64,000 nucleotides of DNA, taken from NCBI GenBank assembly GCA_037381985.1, contig JARRQH010000010.1, positions 53 through 64,052 on the forward strand. Direction: 5' to 3'. The stretch is from Pseudolabrys sp. (GTDB taxonomy: Bacteria; Pseudomonadota; Alphaproteobacteria; Rhizobiales; Xanthobacteraceae). This document shows positions 24,777 to 34,701 of this stretch, piece by piece (positions within the stretch are counted from its first letter, which is position 1; each line of letters begins with the position of its first letter). Under the pieces are notes generated by a model that had not been told where the DNA came from, made no database searches, and worked only from the letters and a program-made list of their open reading frames with translations. The translations under genes and the position numbers were made by a program.

Positions 24777-25550
24777 CTACCTGTTCTTCCAATCCGGCTT
24801 ACGCTTCTCCACGAACGCCTTCATGCCTTCCTTCTGATCCTGGGTCGCGAACAGCGCATGGAAGGCGCGGCGTTCGAACAGCACGCCCTCGGCGAGGCTC
24901 GATTCGAAGGCGCGGTTGACCGCTTCCTTGGCCGCCAGCACCGACGGCAGCGACATGGTCGCGATGGTTTCGGCGGCCTTCATGGCCTCGTCCATCAGCG
25001 CGTCCGCCGGCACCACCCGCGCCACCAGGCCAGCCTTTTCGGCTTCGGTTGCATCCATCATGCGGCCGGTGAGGATGAGGTCCATGGCCTTGGCCTTGCC
25101 GACCGCGCGGGTCAGCCGCTGGGTGCCGCCGATGCCGGGGATGACGCCGAGCTTGATCTCGGGCTGGCCGAACTTCGCCGTGTCGGCGGCGATCACCATG
25201 TCGCACTGCATGGCCAGCTCGCAGCCGCCGCCGAGCGCAAAGCCGGCCACCGCGGCGACCACCGGCTTGCGTGCGTGCGCGGTGTGGTCCCAGGGCTTGG
25301 AGAAGTTGTTGAGATAGACGTCGATGTACTCGTTGTCGGCCATCTCCTTGATGTCGGCGCCGGCGGCGAAGGCCTTCTCGTTGCCGGTGATCAGCATGCA
25401 GCCGATAGCCGGGTCGGCGTCGAAGGCGTCGACCGCCTGGTTGAGCTCGTCCATCAGCTTGAGATTGAGCGCGTTGAGCGCCTTCGGCCGGTTGAGCCGG
25501 ATGATGCCGACCCGGCCCTTGGTTTCAGTGAGGATATGTTCGTAACTCAT
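24777..25550 (-). CDS. Enoyl-CoA hydratase
   Basis: MSYEHILTE.., [38 protein letters not shown]; own RBS (GGGAGAGAG) before ATG 25550. Confidence 0.95.
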   Translation of the reverse strand: MSYEHILTETKGRVGIIRLNRPKALNALNLKLMDELNQAVDAFDADPAIGCMLITGNEKAFAAGADIKEMADNEYIDVYLNNFSKPWDHTAHARKPVVAAVAGFALGGGCELAMQCDMVIAADTAKFGQPEIKLGVIPGIGGTQRLTRAVGKAKAMDLILTGRMMDATEAEKAGLVARVVPADALMDEAMKAAETIATMSLPSVLAAKEAVNRAFESSLAEGVLFERRAFHALFATQDQKEGMKAFVEKRKPDWKNR

Positions 25551-25575
25551 GTCGGCTCTCTCCCGGTGATGTCGG

Positions 25576-26219
25576 CTATTTCTGGCACGAAGGACAATAG
25601 AACGTCGAGCGCCCCGTCTGCACGATGCGCTTGGCGACAAATGCGCGCGGAACAGCGCCTCGCAGACGTAGATGTTGCCGAGGCCCGCCACGATGCGCTG
25701 GTCGAGCAGCGCGGCTTTCAGAGATGTCTTCTTGCCCGCGCAGGCCTTGGCCAGCATGCCTGCGTCGAAGGCATTTCCCAAAGGTTCCGGCCCGAGCGAA
25801 CGCAGCAGCGGCTCCTCGTCGAGCTTGGCGCGCGGCACGATCTTCATGGAGCCGAAGCGGCGCGGGTCGTTGAAGGTGATCGTCTCGCCGTTCGACATGT
25901 GGAACACGACGTGGTCGTGCGATTTACTCTTCGACTTCTCATGGTAGTAGATGCCCGGCCGCGACTCGTGCCCGACGCGCATCGAGCCCGACATGCCGAG
26001 ATGCATGAGCAGCACGTCACCGGAGGACAGATCCGCCAGCAGGTATTTGGCGCGGCGCCCGAGGCCCTCAACCTTCTGGCCCTCGAGCCGCTTCTCGAAG
26101 TCCTTGGCGACCGGCCAGCGCAGCCGGCGGTCGCGCACCTCCACCTTTTTGAAGCGCGCGCCCTCCATGGCCGGGGCAAGCCCGATGCGGACGGTTTCGA
26201 CCTCGGGCAGTTCGGGCAT
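25576..26219 (-). pseudogene. mutM: Formamidopyrimidine-DNA glycosylase with internal deletion and frameshift
   Basis: [30 protein letters not shown] up to HLSP, then jumps out of frame to [18 protein letters not shown]; end of H2TH domain and first zinc-finger Cys pair missing. Confidence 0.85.
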
Positions 26220-26316
26220 GGCGCCTTTCTTAACCCCCTGTCGGGAAAGCGGAACACCGTCATAGCCTCCCCCGCCCGATAGCGCTATGGTCCTGCCCGC
26301 AAAGGATTATTCAGAC

Positions 26317-27120
26317 ATGACCGCGGCGCGAAAAGAGACCCAAGCCGAGACCCATTTCGGCTACGAGAACATCCCCCTGGACGAGAAACAGGGGCGGGTC
26401 GACGACGTCTTCCATTCGGTGGCGCGCCGCTACGACCTCATGAACGACCTGATGTCGGGCGGCCTCCACCGGGCCTGGAAGGACGCCCTGGTGACGGCGG
26501 TGAACCCGCCACCAAAAGGCCGTCCCGGCCGTCTTCGTGAGAAGTCGGGCAAGTCCTTCGCCCTGCTCGACCTCGCCGGCGGCACCGGCGACATCGCCTT
26601 CCGCACGGTGGCGGCGGGCGGCCCCGGCACCCGCGTCACGGTCTGCGACATCAACGCCGAAATGCTTGCCGTCGGCGCCGAGCGCGCCCAGACCCAGGGT
26701 CTCGACCACGTGGTCAGCTTCGAGCAGGGCAACGCCGAAGAGCTGCCTTACGCCGACAAGAGCTTCGACTGCGTCACCATCGCCTTCGGCATCCGTAACG
26801 TGCCGCGCATCCCGCAGGCGCTCTCGGAAATATATCGCGTGCTCAAGTTCGGCGGCCGTTTCCTGTGCCTGGAATTCTCCGCCGTCGACGTGCCCGGGCT
26901 CGACAAGCTCTACGAGCTTTATTCGTTCCAGGTGATCCCGACCGTCGGCCGCGCGGTGACCGGCGACCGCGAGGCCTATCAGTATCTGGTGGAATCGATC
27001 CGCAAGTTTCCCAAGCCCAAGGCCTTCGCCGCCATGATCGAACACGCCGGCTTCCGTCGCGTGTCGTATACCCAGATGACCGGCGGCGTGGTCGCGCTGC
27101 ATTCAGGCTGGAAGCTTTAA
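26317..27120 (+). CDS. ubiE: Ubiquinone/menaquinone C-methyltransferase UbiE
   Basis: [45 protein letters not shown]. Confidence 0.96.
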   Translation: MTAARKETQAETHFGYENIPLDEKQGRVDDVFHSVARRYDLMNDLMSGGLHRAWKDALVTAVNPPPKGRPGRLREKSGKSFALLDLAGGTGDIAFRTVAAGGPGTRVTVCDINAEMLAVGAERAQTQGLDHVVSFEQGNAEELPYADKSFDCVTIAFGIRNVPRIPQALSEIYRVLKFGGRFLCLEFSAVDVPGLDKLYELYSFQVIPTVGRAVTGDREAYQYLVESIRKFPKPKAFAAMIEHAGFRRVSYTQMTGGVVALHSGWKL

Positions 27121-28692
27121 GTGATATCCGCCGTTTCCCATCTCTTTCGTCTCGCCCGCGCCGGCTTCGTGTTCGCACGCGAGGGCGTGCTCGCCCTGGT
27201 CGACACCAAGCCGCTGCCGCTCGGCACCAAATGGGCGGTCGCGCTCGGCCGTCTGATCGAGCGCCGCGGCGCCGGTGAAGGCTCAAGCCGTCTCGCCGCC
27301 GCGCTGACGCGCCTGGGGCCGACCTACGTCAAACTCGGCCAGTTCCTGGCGACGCGCCCCGACGTGGTGGGCCAGACCATCGCGCGCGACCTCGAAAGCC
27401 TGCAGGACAAGATGCCGGCTTTCCCGCATGCCGAGGCGGAAGCCGCCATCGCTGCCGCGCTCGGCAAGTCGGTGAAAGAGGCTTATGTCAGCTTCGGGCC
27501 GGCGGTCGCCGCCGCCTCCATCGCCCAGGTGCACCGCGCCACGATCGAGGAAAACGGCGAGCGCAAGGCCGTGGCGGTGAAGGTTCTACGGCCGGGCATC
27601 GAGCGGCGCTTCCGCTCCGACCTCGATGCCTTCTTCTTCGTCGCCCGCAAGGCGGAAGCCGTCTCGACCGAAGCGCAGCGGCTGCGGCTGGTCGAGGTCG
27701 TCCATACGCTGGCGCGCTCGGTGGCGATGGAGATGGACTTCCGCCTGGAAGCCGCCGCCTCTTCCGAAATGGCGGAGAACACCAAGGACGACGCCGACTT
27801 CCGCGTGCCGACGGTGAACTGGGACCGCACCGCGCGCGAGGTGCTGACGCTGGAATGGATCGACGGCACCCGCCTCGCCGACCACGATGCGCTCGCCGCC
27901 AAAGGCTGCGACCTGCCTATGCTTGGGCGGACGGTGATCCAGAGCTTCCTGCGCCACGCCCTGCGCGACGGCTTCTTCCACGCCGACATGCACCCCGGCA
28001 ATCTGTTCATCGACCACGACGGTCGGCTGGTGGCGGTCGACTTCGGCATCATGGGTCGCCTCGGGCCCAAGGAGCGGCGCTTCCTGGCCGAGATCCTGTT
28101 CGGCTTCATCACCCGCGACTATATGCGCACCGCGCAGATCCATTTCGACGCCGGCTACGTGCCGCGGCATCATTCGGTCGAGAGCTTCGCGCAGGCGATC
28201 CGCGCCATCGGCGAGCCGATCCACAACCGCACCGCCGAAGACATCTCGATGGCCAAGCTGCTGACGCTGCTGTTCGAGGTGACGGGGCTGTTCGACATGC
28301 GCACGCGCCCCGAGCTGATCCTGCTGCAGAAGACCATGGTGGTGGTGGAGGGCGTCGCCCGTTCGCTCGATCCCAAGCTCGACATGTGGACCACTGCCGA
28401 TCCGGTGGTGCGCGAGTGGATCGCGCGCAATCTCGGGCCGGTCGGCAAGCTGGAAGGCGCGGTGGAAGGCGCCGGCGAGCTCGGCCGTTTCGTCGGCCGG
28501 GTGCCAAGCCTGCTGACGCGCGCCGGCACCCTGCTCGATCAGCTCGACGAAATCACGCGTGATGGATTTGTGCTGTCGCCGGAAACGGTGGAGCAGATCG
28601 GCCGCGCTGAGGCCCGCCGCAACCGCTGGACCGCAGCGGCGCTGTGGATCATCGCGCTGCTGCTGTTGTGGATCGGGGTGATGATTTTCTGA
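27121..28692 (+). CDS. ubiB: Ubiquinone biosynthesis kinase-like protein UbiB
   Basis: LGPTYVKLGQFLATRPD, AASIAQVH, VAVKVLRP, FFHADMHPGN, DFGIMG. Confidence 0.96.
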   Translation: MISAVSHLFRLARAGFVFAREGVLALVDTKPLPLGTKWAVALGRLIERRGAGEGSSRLAAALTRLGPTYVKLGQFLATRPDVVGQTIARDLESLQDKMPAFPHAEAEAAIAAALGKSVKEAYVSFGPAVAAASIAQVHRATIEENGERKAVAVKVLRPGIERRFRSDLDAFFFVARKAEAVSTEAQRLRLVEVVHTLARSVAMEMDFRLEAAASSEMAENTKDDADFRVPTVNWDRTAREVLTLEWIDGTRLADHDALAAKGCDLPMLGRTVIQSFLRHALRDGFFHADMHPGNLFIDHDGRLVAVDFGIMGRLGPKERRFLAEILFGFITRDYMRTAQIHFDAGYVPRHHSVESFAQAIRAIGEPIHNRTAEDISMAKLLTLLFEVTGLFDMRTRPELILLQKTMVVVEGVARSLDPKLDMWTTADPVVREWIARNLGPVGKLEGAVEGAGELGRFVGRVPSLLTRAGTLLDQLDEITRDGFVLSPETVEQIGRAEARRNRWTAAALWIIALLLLWIGVMIF

Positions 28693-28699
28693 GGCGATC

Positions 28700-28742
28700 C
28701 GTCGCCCTTCGAGGCTCGCTTCGCTCGCACCTCGGGATGACG
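28700..28742. repeat. Single family-C repeat arm
   Basis: CGTCGCCCTTCGAGGCT...CACCTCGGGATGACG matches the right arms at 11202-11240 and 46939-46988. Confidence 0.7.
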
Positions 28743-28755
28743 GCGAGAGTCGCTC

Positions 28756-28857
28756 TCACCCCTCCCCCGCCGCCGCGCGCTCCAGCGTGGCAGTATCGAA
28801 CTTCGTCATCTGCATGAAGGCGTTCATGACCCGCGCCGAGGCGGCCGCGTCGCCACC
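28756..28857 (-). pseudogene. C-terminal remnant of a VOC/PhnB-like (3-demethylubiquinone-9 3-methyltransferase family) gene
   Basis: GGDAAASARVMNAFMQMTKFDTATLERAAAGEG* matches the family tail (R.M.A.M.M.K.DIA.LE.A); bounded upstream by an in-frame TAG. Confidence 0.7.
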
Positions 28858-29100
28858 CTACTCGCCATGGACCGCACCACGCTCACCGCCGCGCTGAAGC
28901 CGCTGGAGCGGCGCAAGTTGGTGCGGGTGAAGGTGGACAAGGAAGACCGCCGCAGCCGCCGTCTGGTCATTACGCCCGCCGGCCGCGCACTGCTCGCCAA
29001 GGCCTATCCGATCTGGCGGGAAAGCCACGCGGCCGTCGAGAAGCAACTCGGCGAGGCTTCCGCCGACGAGCTACGCGCCGCGTTGCTGGCGCTGTCGTAG
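28843..29100 (+). pseudogene. 5'-truncated MarR-family regulator
   Basis: GRVATLLAMDRTTLTAALKPLERRKLV...DRRSRRLVITPAGR; N-terminal helices and promoter absent. Confidence 0.75.
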
Positions 29101-29108
29101 TATGACAA

Positions 29109-29149
29109 TGATTGCATTGATTGCACCGCAATCAATTTAGTGCTAGCCT
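29109..29149 (+). promoter_or_regulatory. coaBC promoter overlapped by repeated TGATTGC(A/G) half-sites
   Basis: TTGCAC(29121)-N17-TAGCCT(29144) with extended TG; TGATTGCA at 29109 and 29118; perfect inverted repeat ATTGATTGC-ACC-GCAATCAAT at 29116-29136. Confidence 0.7.
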
Positions 29150-29171
29150 GTTGCCAGTTCAGGGTTTTCCC

Positions 29172-30575
29172 ATGGCCTCGCTGACCGTCCGCCAGCTCGA
29201 CGACAAGCTCAAGCAGCAGCTCCGCCTGCGAGCGGCCCGCCACGGCCGCTCGGTGGAGGACGAGGTGCGCACCATTCTGCGTGCCGCGGCCGAGGACCAA
29301 GAGGAGGCACCGGCGCCCGCCACCGACGCGGGCGAGACACCGGGCGCCGAGAGCGCGCCGCAAGCGAAGCGCGTGCTGCTGATCATCGGCGGCGGCATCG
29401 CGGCCTATAAATCCCTCGACCTCATCCGCCGCCTGAAGGAGCGCGGGCTTGCCGTGCGCTGCATCCTCACCAAGGCGGCGCAGGAATTCGTCACGGCCCT
29501 CGCCGCCGGCGCGCTGGTCGGCGGCCGCGTCTACACCGACCTGTTCGACCCCGCCCACGAGTTCGACGTCGGCCACATCCGTCTTGCGCGCGAGGCCGAC
29601 CTCATCGTCGTCGCGCCGGCGACCGCCGACCTGATGGCCAAGATGGCGAACGGCCATGCCGACGACCTCGCCAGCGCCGTGCTGCTCGCCACCAAGGCGA
29701 GCATCCTGCTGGCGCCGGCGATGAACCCCGCGATGTGGGCGAGCAAAGCGACCCAGCGCAATCTCGCCCGGCTTGTCGCCGACGGCGTCGCGCTGGTCGG
29801 TCCCAACGCGGGCGAGATGGCGGAAGCCGGCGAGAGCGGCAAGGGCCGCATGGCCGAGCCGACCGAGATTGCCGGGGTGGTAGAAAAGCACCTCTCGAGT
29901 GACGGCGCCAAACCGCTCGCCGGCCTGCGCGTTCTGGTTACATCGGGCCCGACCCATGAGCCGATCGATCCCGTGCGCTACATCGCCAACCGTTCTTCCG
30001 GCAAGCAGGGCCATGCCATCGCCGCGGCCGCCGCGCGCGCCGGCGCCGAGGTGACGCTGGTCAGCGGGCCGGTTAGCGTCGCCGATCCGGCGGGCGTCGA
30101 TACGATCCACGTCGAGAGCGCGCGCGAGATGCTGGCCGCGGTCGAGCACGCGCTGCCGGTCGACGTCGCAATCTTCGCCGCGGCAGTGGCGGATTGGCGC
30201 GTGGCGCAAGCAGGCGATCAGAAGATCAAGAAGCAGCCGGGCCAGGCCACGCCGATGTTTTCGCTGACGGAGAACCCGGACATCCTCTCGACCGTCGCGC
30301 ACAAGACGCGCGGACGGCCGCAACTCGTCATCGGCTTTGCCGCCGAGACCGAAAACGTCGCCGCGCATGCCAAGGCCAAGCGCGCGCGCAAGGGCTGCGA
30401 CTGGATCCTTGCCAACGACGTGTCACCGTCGACCGGCATCATGGGCGGCGACAGCAACACCATTCAGCTGGTCACCGCCGACGGCGTCGAGCCGTGGCCG
30501 CCGCAATCGAAGGAAGCCGTCGCCGCCAAGCTGATCGAGCGCATCGCGACGACGATGAAGGAATGCGAGTCATGA
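29172..30575 (+). CDS. coaBC: Bifunctional PPC decarboxylase/PPC synthetase with an N-terminal FitA-like ribbon-helix-helix domain
   Basis: [36 protein letters not shown] (RHH), acidic linker, then [58 protein letters not shown]. Confidence 0.95.
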   Translation: MASLTVRQLDDKLKQQLRLRAARHGRSVEDEVRTILRAAAEDQEEAPAPATDAGETPGAESAPQAKRVLLIIGGGIAAYKSLDLIRRLKERGLAVRCILTKAAQEFVTALAAGALVGGRVYTDLFDPAHEFDVGHIRLAREADLIVVAPATADLMAKMANGHADDLASAVLLATKASILLAPAMNPAMWASKATQRNLARLVADGVALVGPNAGEMAEAGESGKGRMAEPTEIAGVVEKHLSSDGAKPLAGLRVLVTSGPTHEPIDPVRYIANRSSGKQGHAIAAAAARAGAEVTLVSGPVSVADPAGVDTIHVESAREMLAAVEHALPVDVAIFAAAVADWRVAQAGDQKIKKQPGQATPMFSLTENPDILSTVAHKTRGRPQLVIGFAAETENVAAHAKAKRARKGCDWILANDVSPSTGIMGGDSNTIQLVTADGVEPWPPQSKEAVAAKLIERIATTMKECES

Positions 30576-31027
30576 GCGCCGCCACCGTCGAAATCATGCG
30601 GCTGCCGCATGGCGAGGACCTGCCATTGCCGGCCTACCAGACCGCGCACGCGGCCGGCCTCGACCTCATGGCCGCGGTGCCGGAAGACGCGCCGCTCACG
30701 CTCGCGCCCGGCACGCGCGCCCTGGTGCCAACGGGGCTCGCCATGGCGCTGCCCGCCGGCTTCGAAGGCCAAGTGCGTCCGCGCTCGGGACTGGCAGTCA
30801 AACACGGATTGAGTGTGCTGAATGCGCCCGGCACCGTCGATGCCGACTACCGCGGCGAAGTACAAGTGATACTTGTAAATTTTGGCAGCGATTCGGTCAC
30901 GATCGCCCGTGGCATGCGGATCGCGCAGCTAGTGATTGCCCCCGTGGTGCACGTGGACATATCAGAGGTTGCAGCGCTACCTCCGACTGCGCGGGGTTTC
31001 GGGGGATTCGGCTCTACCGGAAGTTGA
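30572..31027 (+). CDS. dut: dUTP diphosphatase
   Basis: [41 protein letters not shown]; ATGA overlap with coaBC. Confidence 0.97.
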   Translation: MSAATVEIMRLPHGEDLPLPAYQTAHAAGLDLMAAVPEDAPLTLAPGTRALVPTGLAMALPAGFEGQVRPRSGLAVKHGLSVLNAPGTVDADYRGEVQVILVNFGSDSVTIARGMRIAQLVIAPVVHVDISEVAALPPTARGFGGFGSTGS

Positions 31028-31118
31028 GTAATATTAGTTACGATTTCATCTAGACGCCCAGCGTTCTGTAAATTACTACCATCGGTGCAAATTGTTGCAG
31101 AAATGACCGGTGATGCAA

Positions 31119-31535
31119 ATGCCGCTGGTATCCCGTAAGGGTATCCTCGCCATCGCTGCTGTCCTCGATGTAGCGATCCATGCCGGCGGACGCCCGGTTT
31201 CGGCCAAGGCCCTCGCCGCCCGCCATGAACTGCCGCCACGGCATCTCGAGCCGGTGCTGCAAGCGCTGGTGCATGAGGGCATTCTCAAAGGCATCCGTGG
31301 TCCACGCGGCGGCTACGAGCTGGCGCGGCCGCAAGACGCCATCAGCGCGGAAGACATTCTGCGCGCCGCCAGCACGGCGGAAGACGTCGACAATACGCCG
31401 GCGAACGGTTCATCACTGGTCAGCACGGTGGTGTGGCCGACGTTGCGCGAAGCCGAACGGGTGTTTTCGTCCGCGCTTGCCGGCATCAACGTCGAAGACA
31501 TGACACGACAGGCGCTGACGCAGAAGCAAACCTGA
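31119..31535 (+). CDS. Rrf2-family regulator (cysteine-free)
   Basis: RPVSAKALA, RHLEPVLQAL, GIRGPRGGYELAR; no Fe-S cysteines. Confidence 0.9.
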   Translation: MPLVSRKGILAIAAVLDVAIHAGGRPVSAKALAARHELPPRHLEPVLQALVHEGILKGIRGPRGGYELARPQDAISAEDILRAASTAEDVDNTPANGSSLVSTVVWPTLREAERVFSSALAGINVEDMTRQALTQKQT

Positions 31536-31663
31536 TTCGTTTTCGTTTACCACTCATCGTTCACGGTCTGGACTCTTACGACGCGATTCCCGTTGGGGGT
31601 AAAGTCCAACGATTCGCACGCGGCGTGGCGGACGCCGCGCGCTTTTCCTTGGGGCAAGACTGA

Positions 31664-34186
31664 ATGCCGGAGACGATCCGGGCGGCGAACGAGAGGCCGC
31701 GTTCTCGCCCGAAGCGAGGCGGAGTCCTAGCGGCTTTCGTCATATCAAGTTCGCTGCTGGTGCCGGTCGCGCCGGCCCATGCCGACGTCGGTTCCGCGCG
31801 CGCAGTGCTCCAGGGCCTGAAGCACGCCGTCGGCAACCTCGCCGGCCGCGACGCCAGCACGATCGGCCTCGCCCTCGCCGCGGCCTGCGGCACCGCGCTT
31901 GTCCTCATCGTCCTGCTGCGTGCGCGTCGGCACAGACAGCGCCGCCGACGCGCGGCGCGCAAAGAGGCCTCCGTCCTCAACGCCGAGATCGACCGCCTGA
32001 AGGCGCTGCTACTCGCCGAACCGCAGGTGCTGGTGGAATGGCCCGCCGCCTCCGACCGGCCGAACATTCTCGGCGACACCTCGATAATCCTGTCGGGCGC
32101 GCGGCCCGAACGCGTGCTCGCCTTCGGCACCTGGCTGGAGCCGGGCGCCGCCCAGGATATGGAGCACGCCGTCGAAACCCTGCGCGGCGAGGGCCACGGC
32201 TTCGTAATGACGCTGACCAGTGCGGCGGGCCGCCCGATCGATGCCGAAGGCCGGGTCGTCGCCGGCCGCGCGGTGCTGCGGCTGCGCGACATCGGCGGCA
32301 TCGAGCAGCAACTGGTGCGGCTCGCCGAGCGGCACGACAGGCTGCAAGCCGACGTCGACACCATGGCCGCGCTGCTCGATACCCTGCCGGCCCCGGTATG
32401 GGCGCGCGACCCGAACGGCCGGCTGACGTTCGTGAACGCGGCTTACGCGCGCGCGGTGGAAGCGGTCGACGCCGACGACGCCGTGATGCGCGAGATCGAG
32501 TTGCTCGACCGGCCGGCGCGCGAGGCGCTGCTGCGCGCGCAGGCCGCCCATGAGACCTATACCGCCCGTCTGCCGGCGATCGCCGCCGGCCAGCGCCGCA
32601 TCTTCGACGTGGTGGCCGGCCCGAGCGGCCAGGGCAGCGCCGGCATCGCCATCGACCGCACCGAGGTCGAGGCCATGCGCACCGAGCACGACCGCAGCGT
32701 CGACGCCCACCGCCGTGTGCTCGACCAGCTCGCCACCGGCGTCGCCATCTTCAATGCCGAGCGCAAACTGATCTTCTACAACAGCGCCTTCCGCGCGTTG
32801 TTCGAGATCGACGCCGGCTTCCTCGACCAGGCGCCGAGCGACAACGACCTGCTCGATCGTCTGCGCAGCGACCGCAAGCTGCCCGAGGAAAGCGACTTCC
32901 GGCAATGGCGTAACGCGCTGCACGAGGCCTATCGCGTGGTCGAGCCGCAGGAGCACATGTGGTTCCTGCCTGACGGTCGCACCTTGCGCATCGTCACCGC
33001 GCCTAATCCGGAAGGCGGCGTCACCTATCTCTACGACGACGTCACCGAGCGGCTCGACCTGCACCGGCGTTACGACGCGCTCATCAAGGTGCAGGGCGAA
33101 ACCCTCGACCATCTCAAGGAAGCGGTCGCGGTGTTCGGCTCCGACGGACGCATCCGCTTGCACAACCCGGCCTTCCAGCGGCTGTGGAAGCTGACGCCGG
33201 ACGCGCTCGACCAGCACCCGCACGTCGAACAGGTCACCGCCTGGTGCCAGGCCCAGCACGACGACGGCACGGTGTGGCGGACCTTGCGCGCGGCCATCAC
33301 CGCCATCGACGGCCGCGAGCCGGTGACGGCGCGCATCGAGCGGCGCGACGGCGAGGTGATCGACCTCGCCACCATGCCGCTGCCGGACGGCGCCACCCTC
33401 GTCACCTTCCAGAGCGTCACCGACACGGTAAACGTCGAGCGCGCGCTGCGCGAGCGCAACGAGGCGCTGGAGACCGCCGACCGCATCAAGATCGACTTCG
33501 TGCACCACGTTTCCTACGAACTGCGCTCGCCGCTGACCAACATCATCGGCTTTGCCAACCTGCTCGGCGACGACGCCTTCGGCCCGCTCACCGACAAGCA
33601 GCACGAATATCTCGGTTACATCACCACCTCGACCAACGCGCTGCTCGCCATCATCAACAACATCCTCGACCTCGCCACCATCGACGCCGGCGCGATGAAT
33701 CTGAACGTCACCGAGGTCGACATTCGCGGCGCCATGGAAGCGGCGGCGGAAGGCGTTCAGGACCGGCTGGTCAACGATCACCTCAAGCTCGACATCGCGG
33801 CGCCGGCCGGCATCGGCAGCTTCACCGCCGACGAGCGGCGCTTGCGGCAGATCCTGTTCAATCTGTTGTCGAACGCGGTCGGCTTCTCGCCGAAGGGCGG
33901 CGTCATCACGCTGGCCGCCGAACGCCGGCCGAACGCCGTCGCGTTCACGGTCTCCGATCAGGGCCCGGGCATCCCGCCGGACCTCAAGGACAAGGTGTTC
34001 GACTGGTTCGAGACCGACCCGCGCGGCTCGCAGCACCGCGGACCGGGCCTCGGCCTGTCGCTGGTGCGCTCCTTCGTCGAGCTGCACGGCGGCACGGTGT
34101 CGCTCGAGTCCACGGCCCAGGGCGGCGGCACGACGGTCACCTGCGTGTTCCCAGCCCAGCAGGCGAAACGCCAGAGCGCGGCGTAG
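31664..34186 (+). CDS. divL: PAS-domain pseudo-histidine kinase DivL
   Basis: Multiple PAS domains; H-box VSYELRSPLT has Tyr in place of His; HATPase motifs; conserved position upstream of tsaE-addAB. Confidence 0.85.
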   Translation: MPETIRAANERPRSRPKRGGVLAAFVISSSLLVPVAPAHADVGSARAVLQGLKHAVGNLAGRDASTIGLALAAACGTALVLIVLLRARRHRQRRRRAARKEASVLNAEIDRLKALLLAEPQVLVEWPAASDRPNILGDTSIILSGARPERVLAFGTWLEPGAAQDMEHAVETLRGEGHGFVMTLTSAAGRPIDAEGRVVAGRAVLRLRDIGGIEQQLVRLAERHDRLQADVDTMAALLDTLPAPVWARDPNGRLTFVNAAYARAVEAVDADDAVMREIELLDRPAREALLRAQAAHETYTARLPAIAAGQRRIFDVVAGPSGQGSAGIAIDRTEVEAMRTEHDRSVDAHRRVLDQLATGVAIFNAERKLIFYNSAFRALFEIDAGFLDQAPSDNDLLDRLRSDRKLPEESDFRQWRNALHEAYRVVEPQEHMWFLPDGRTLRIVTAPNPEGGVTYLYDDVTERLDLHRRYDALIKVQGETLDHLKEAVAVFGSDGRIRLHNPAFQRLWKLTPDALDQHPHVEQVTAWCQAQHDDGTVWRTLRAAITAIDGREPVTARIERRDGEVIDLATMPLPDGATLVTFQSVTDTVNVERALRERNEALETADRIKIDFVHHVSYELRSPLTNIIGFANLLGDDAFGPLTDKQHEYLGYITTSTNALLAIINNILDLATIDAGAMNLNVTEVDIRGAMEAAAEGVQDRLVNDHLKLDIAAPAGIGSFTADERRLRQILFNLLSNAVGFSPKGGVITLAAERRPNAVAFTVSDQGPGIPPDLKDKVFDWFETDPRGSQHRGPGLGLSLVRSFVELHGGTVSLESTAQGGGTTVTCVFPAQQAKRQSAA

Positions 34187-34701
34187 CGACACGCGCAAAT
34201 CCCGCGCCCCTTGGATATCCTTGCCGCCGCTACCGATTCCACGGCGCCAGGTTGTTCTCCGGCGCGCCGACGTAGTGGCCGTCTCGACACTCGCCCTGGC
34301 TGAGGTTGAACACGGCGGCCATGCCGCGGCAGGGCTCCAGCATGGCGTCCACCGCCGGCAGCGTGGCCATGCCGGCAACGCCGCCGACCGCGGCCGCACC
34401 GCCGCTCCACCGAAACGCCGACCAACCCCTCGCGTTCCGTTTTCCGGCCGCATTCGGCTTCAGCAAAAGCCGGCGTTGAAGAACCTTGGCGATACCGTGA
34501 TGGCGGAATGGCAAAAGCGGATACTTCATGTCGCGCCGATGGCATCCAAACCCGAGCCGGCGGTATGGCGGAACGATTGGTGTTCCCCCGCAATTGGGTG
34601 CTAGAGTTCCATTTCGCGCGACGGTGCCGGATACGCGCGGTGCGCCAGTGCCGCATCGGCTGCGCGAGCCTCGTGCACGTGACAGCGACAACGATACCGA
34701 C

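Noticed and set aside
24777-26219. 480-aa MutM-enoyl-CoA hydratase as a real fusion protein
   Set aside because: The true MutM C-terminus and stop are present in another frame and the hydratase has its own RBS and ATG; the ORF results from a deletion
29172-29300. Intact FitAB/VapBC toxin-antitoxin module
   Set aside because: No stop after the RHH domain and no PIN-domain gene nearby
33505-33535. His-to-Tyr change in the kinase H-box as a novelty
   Set aside because: This is the established signature of DivL
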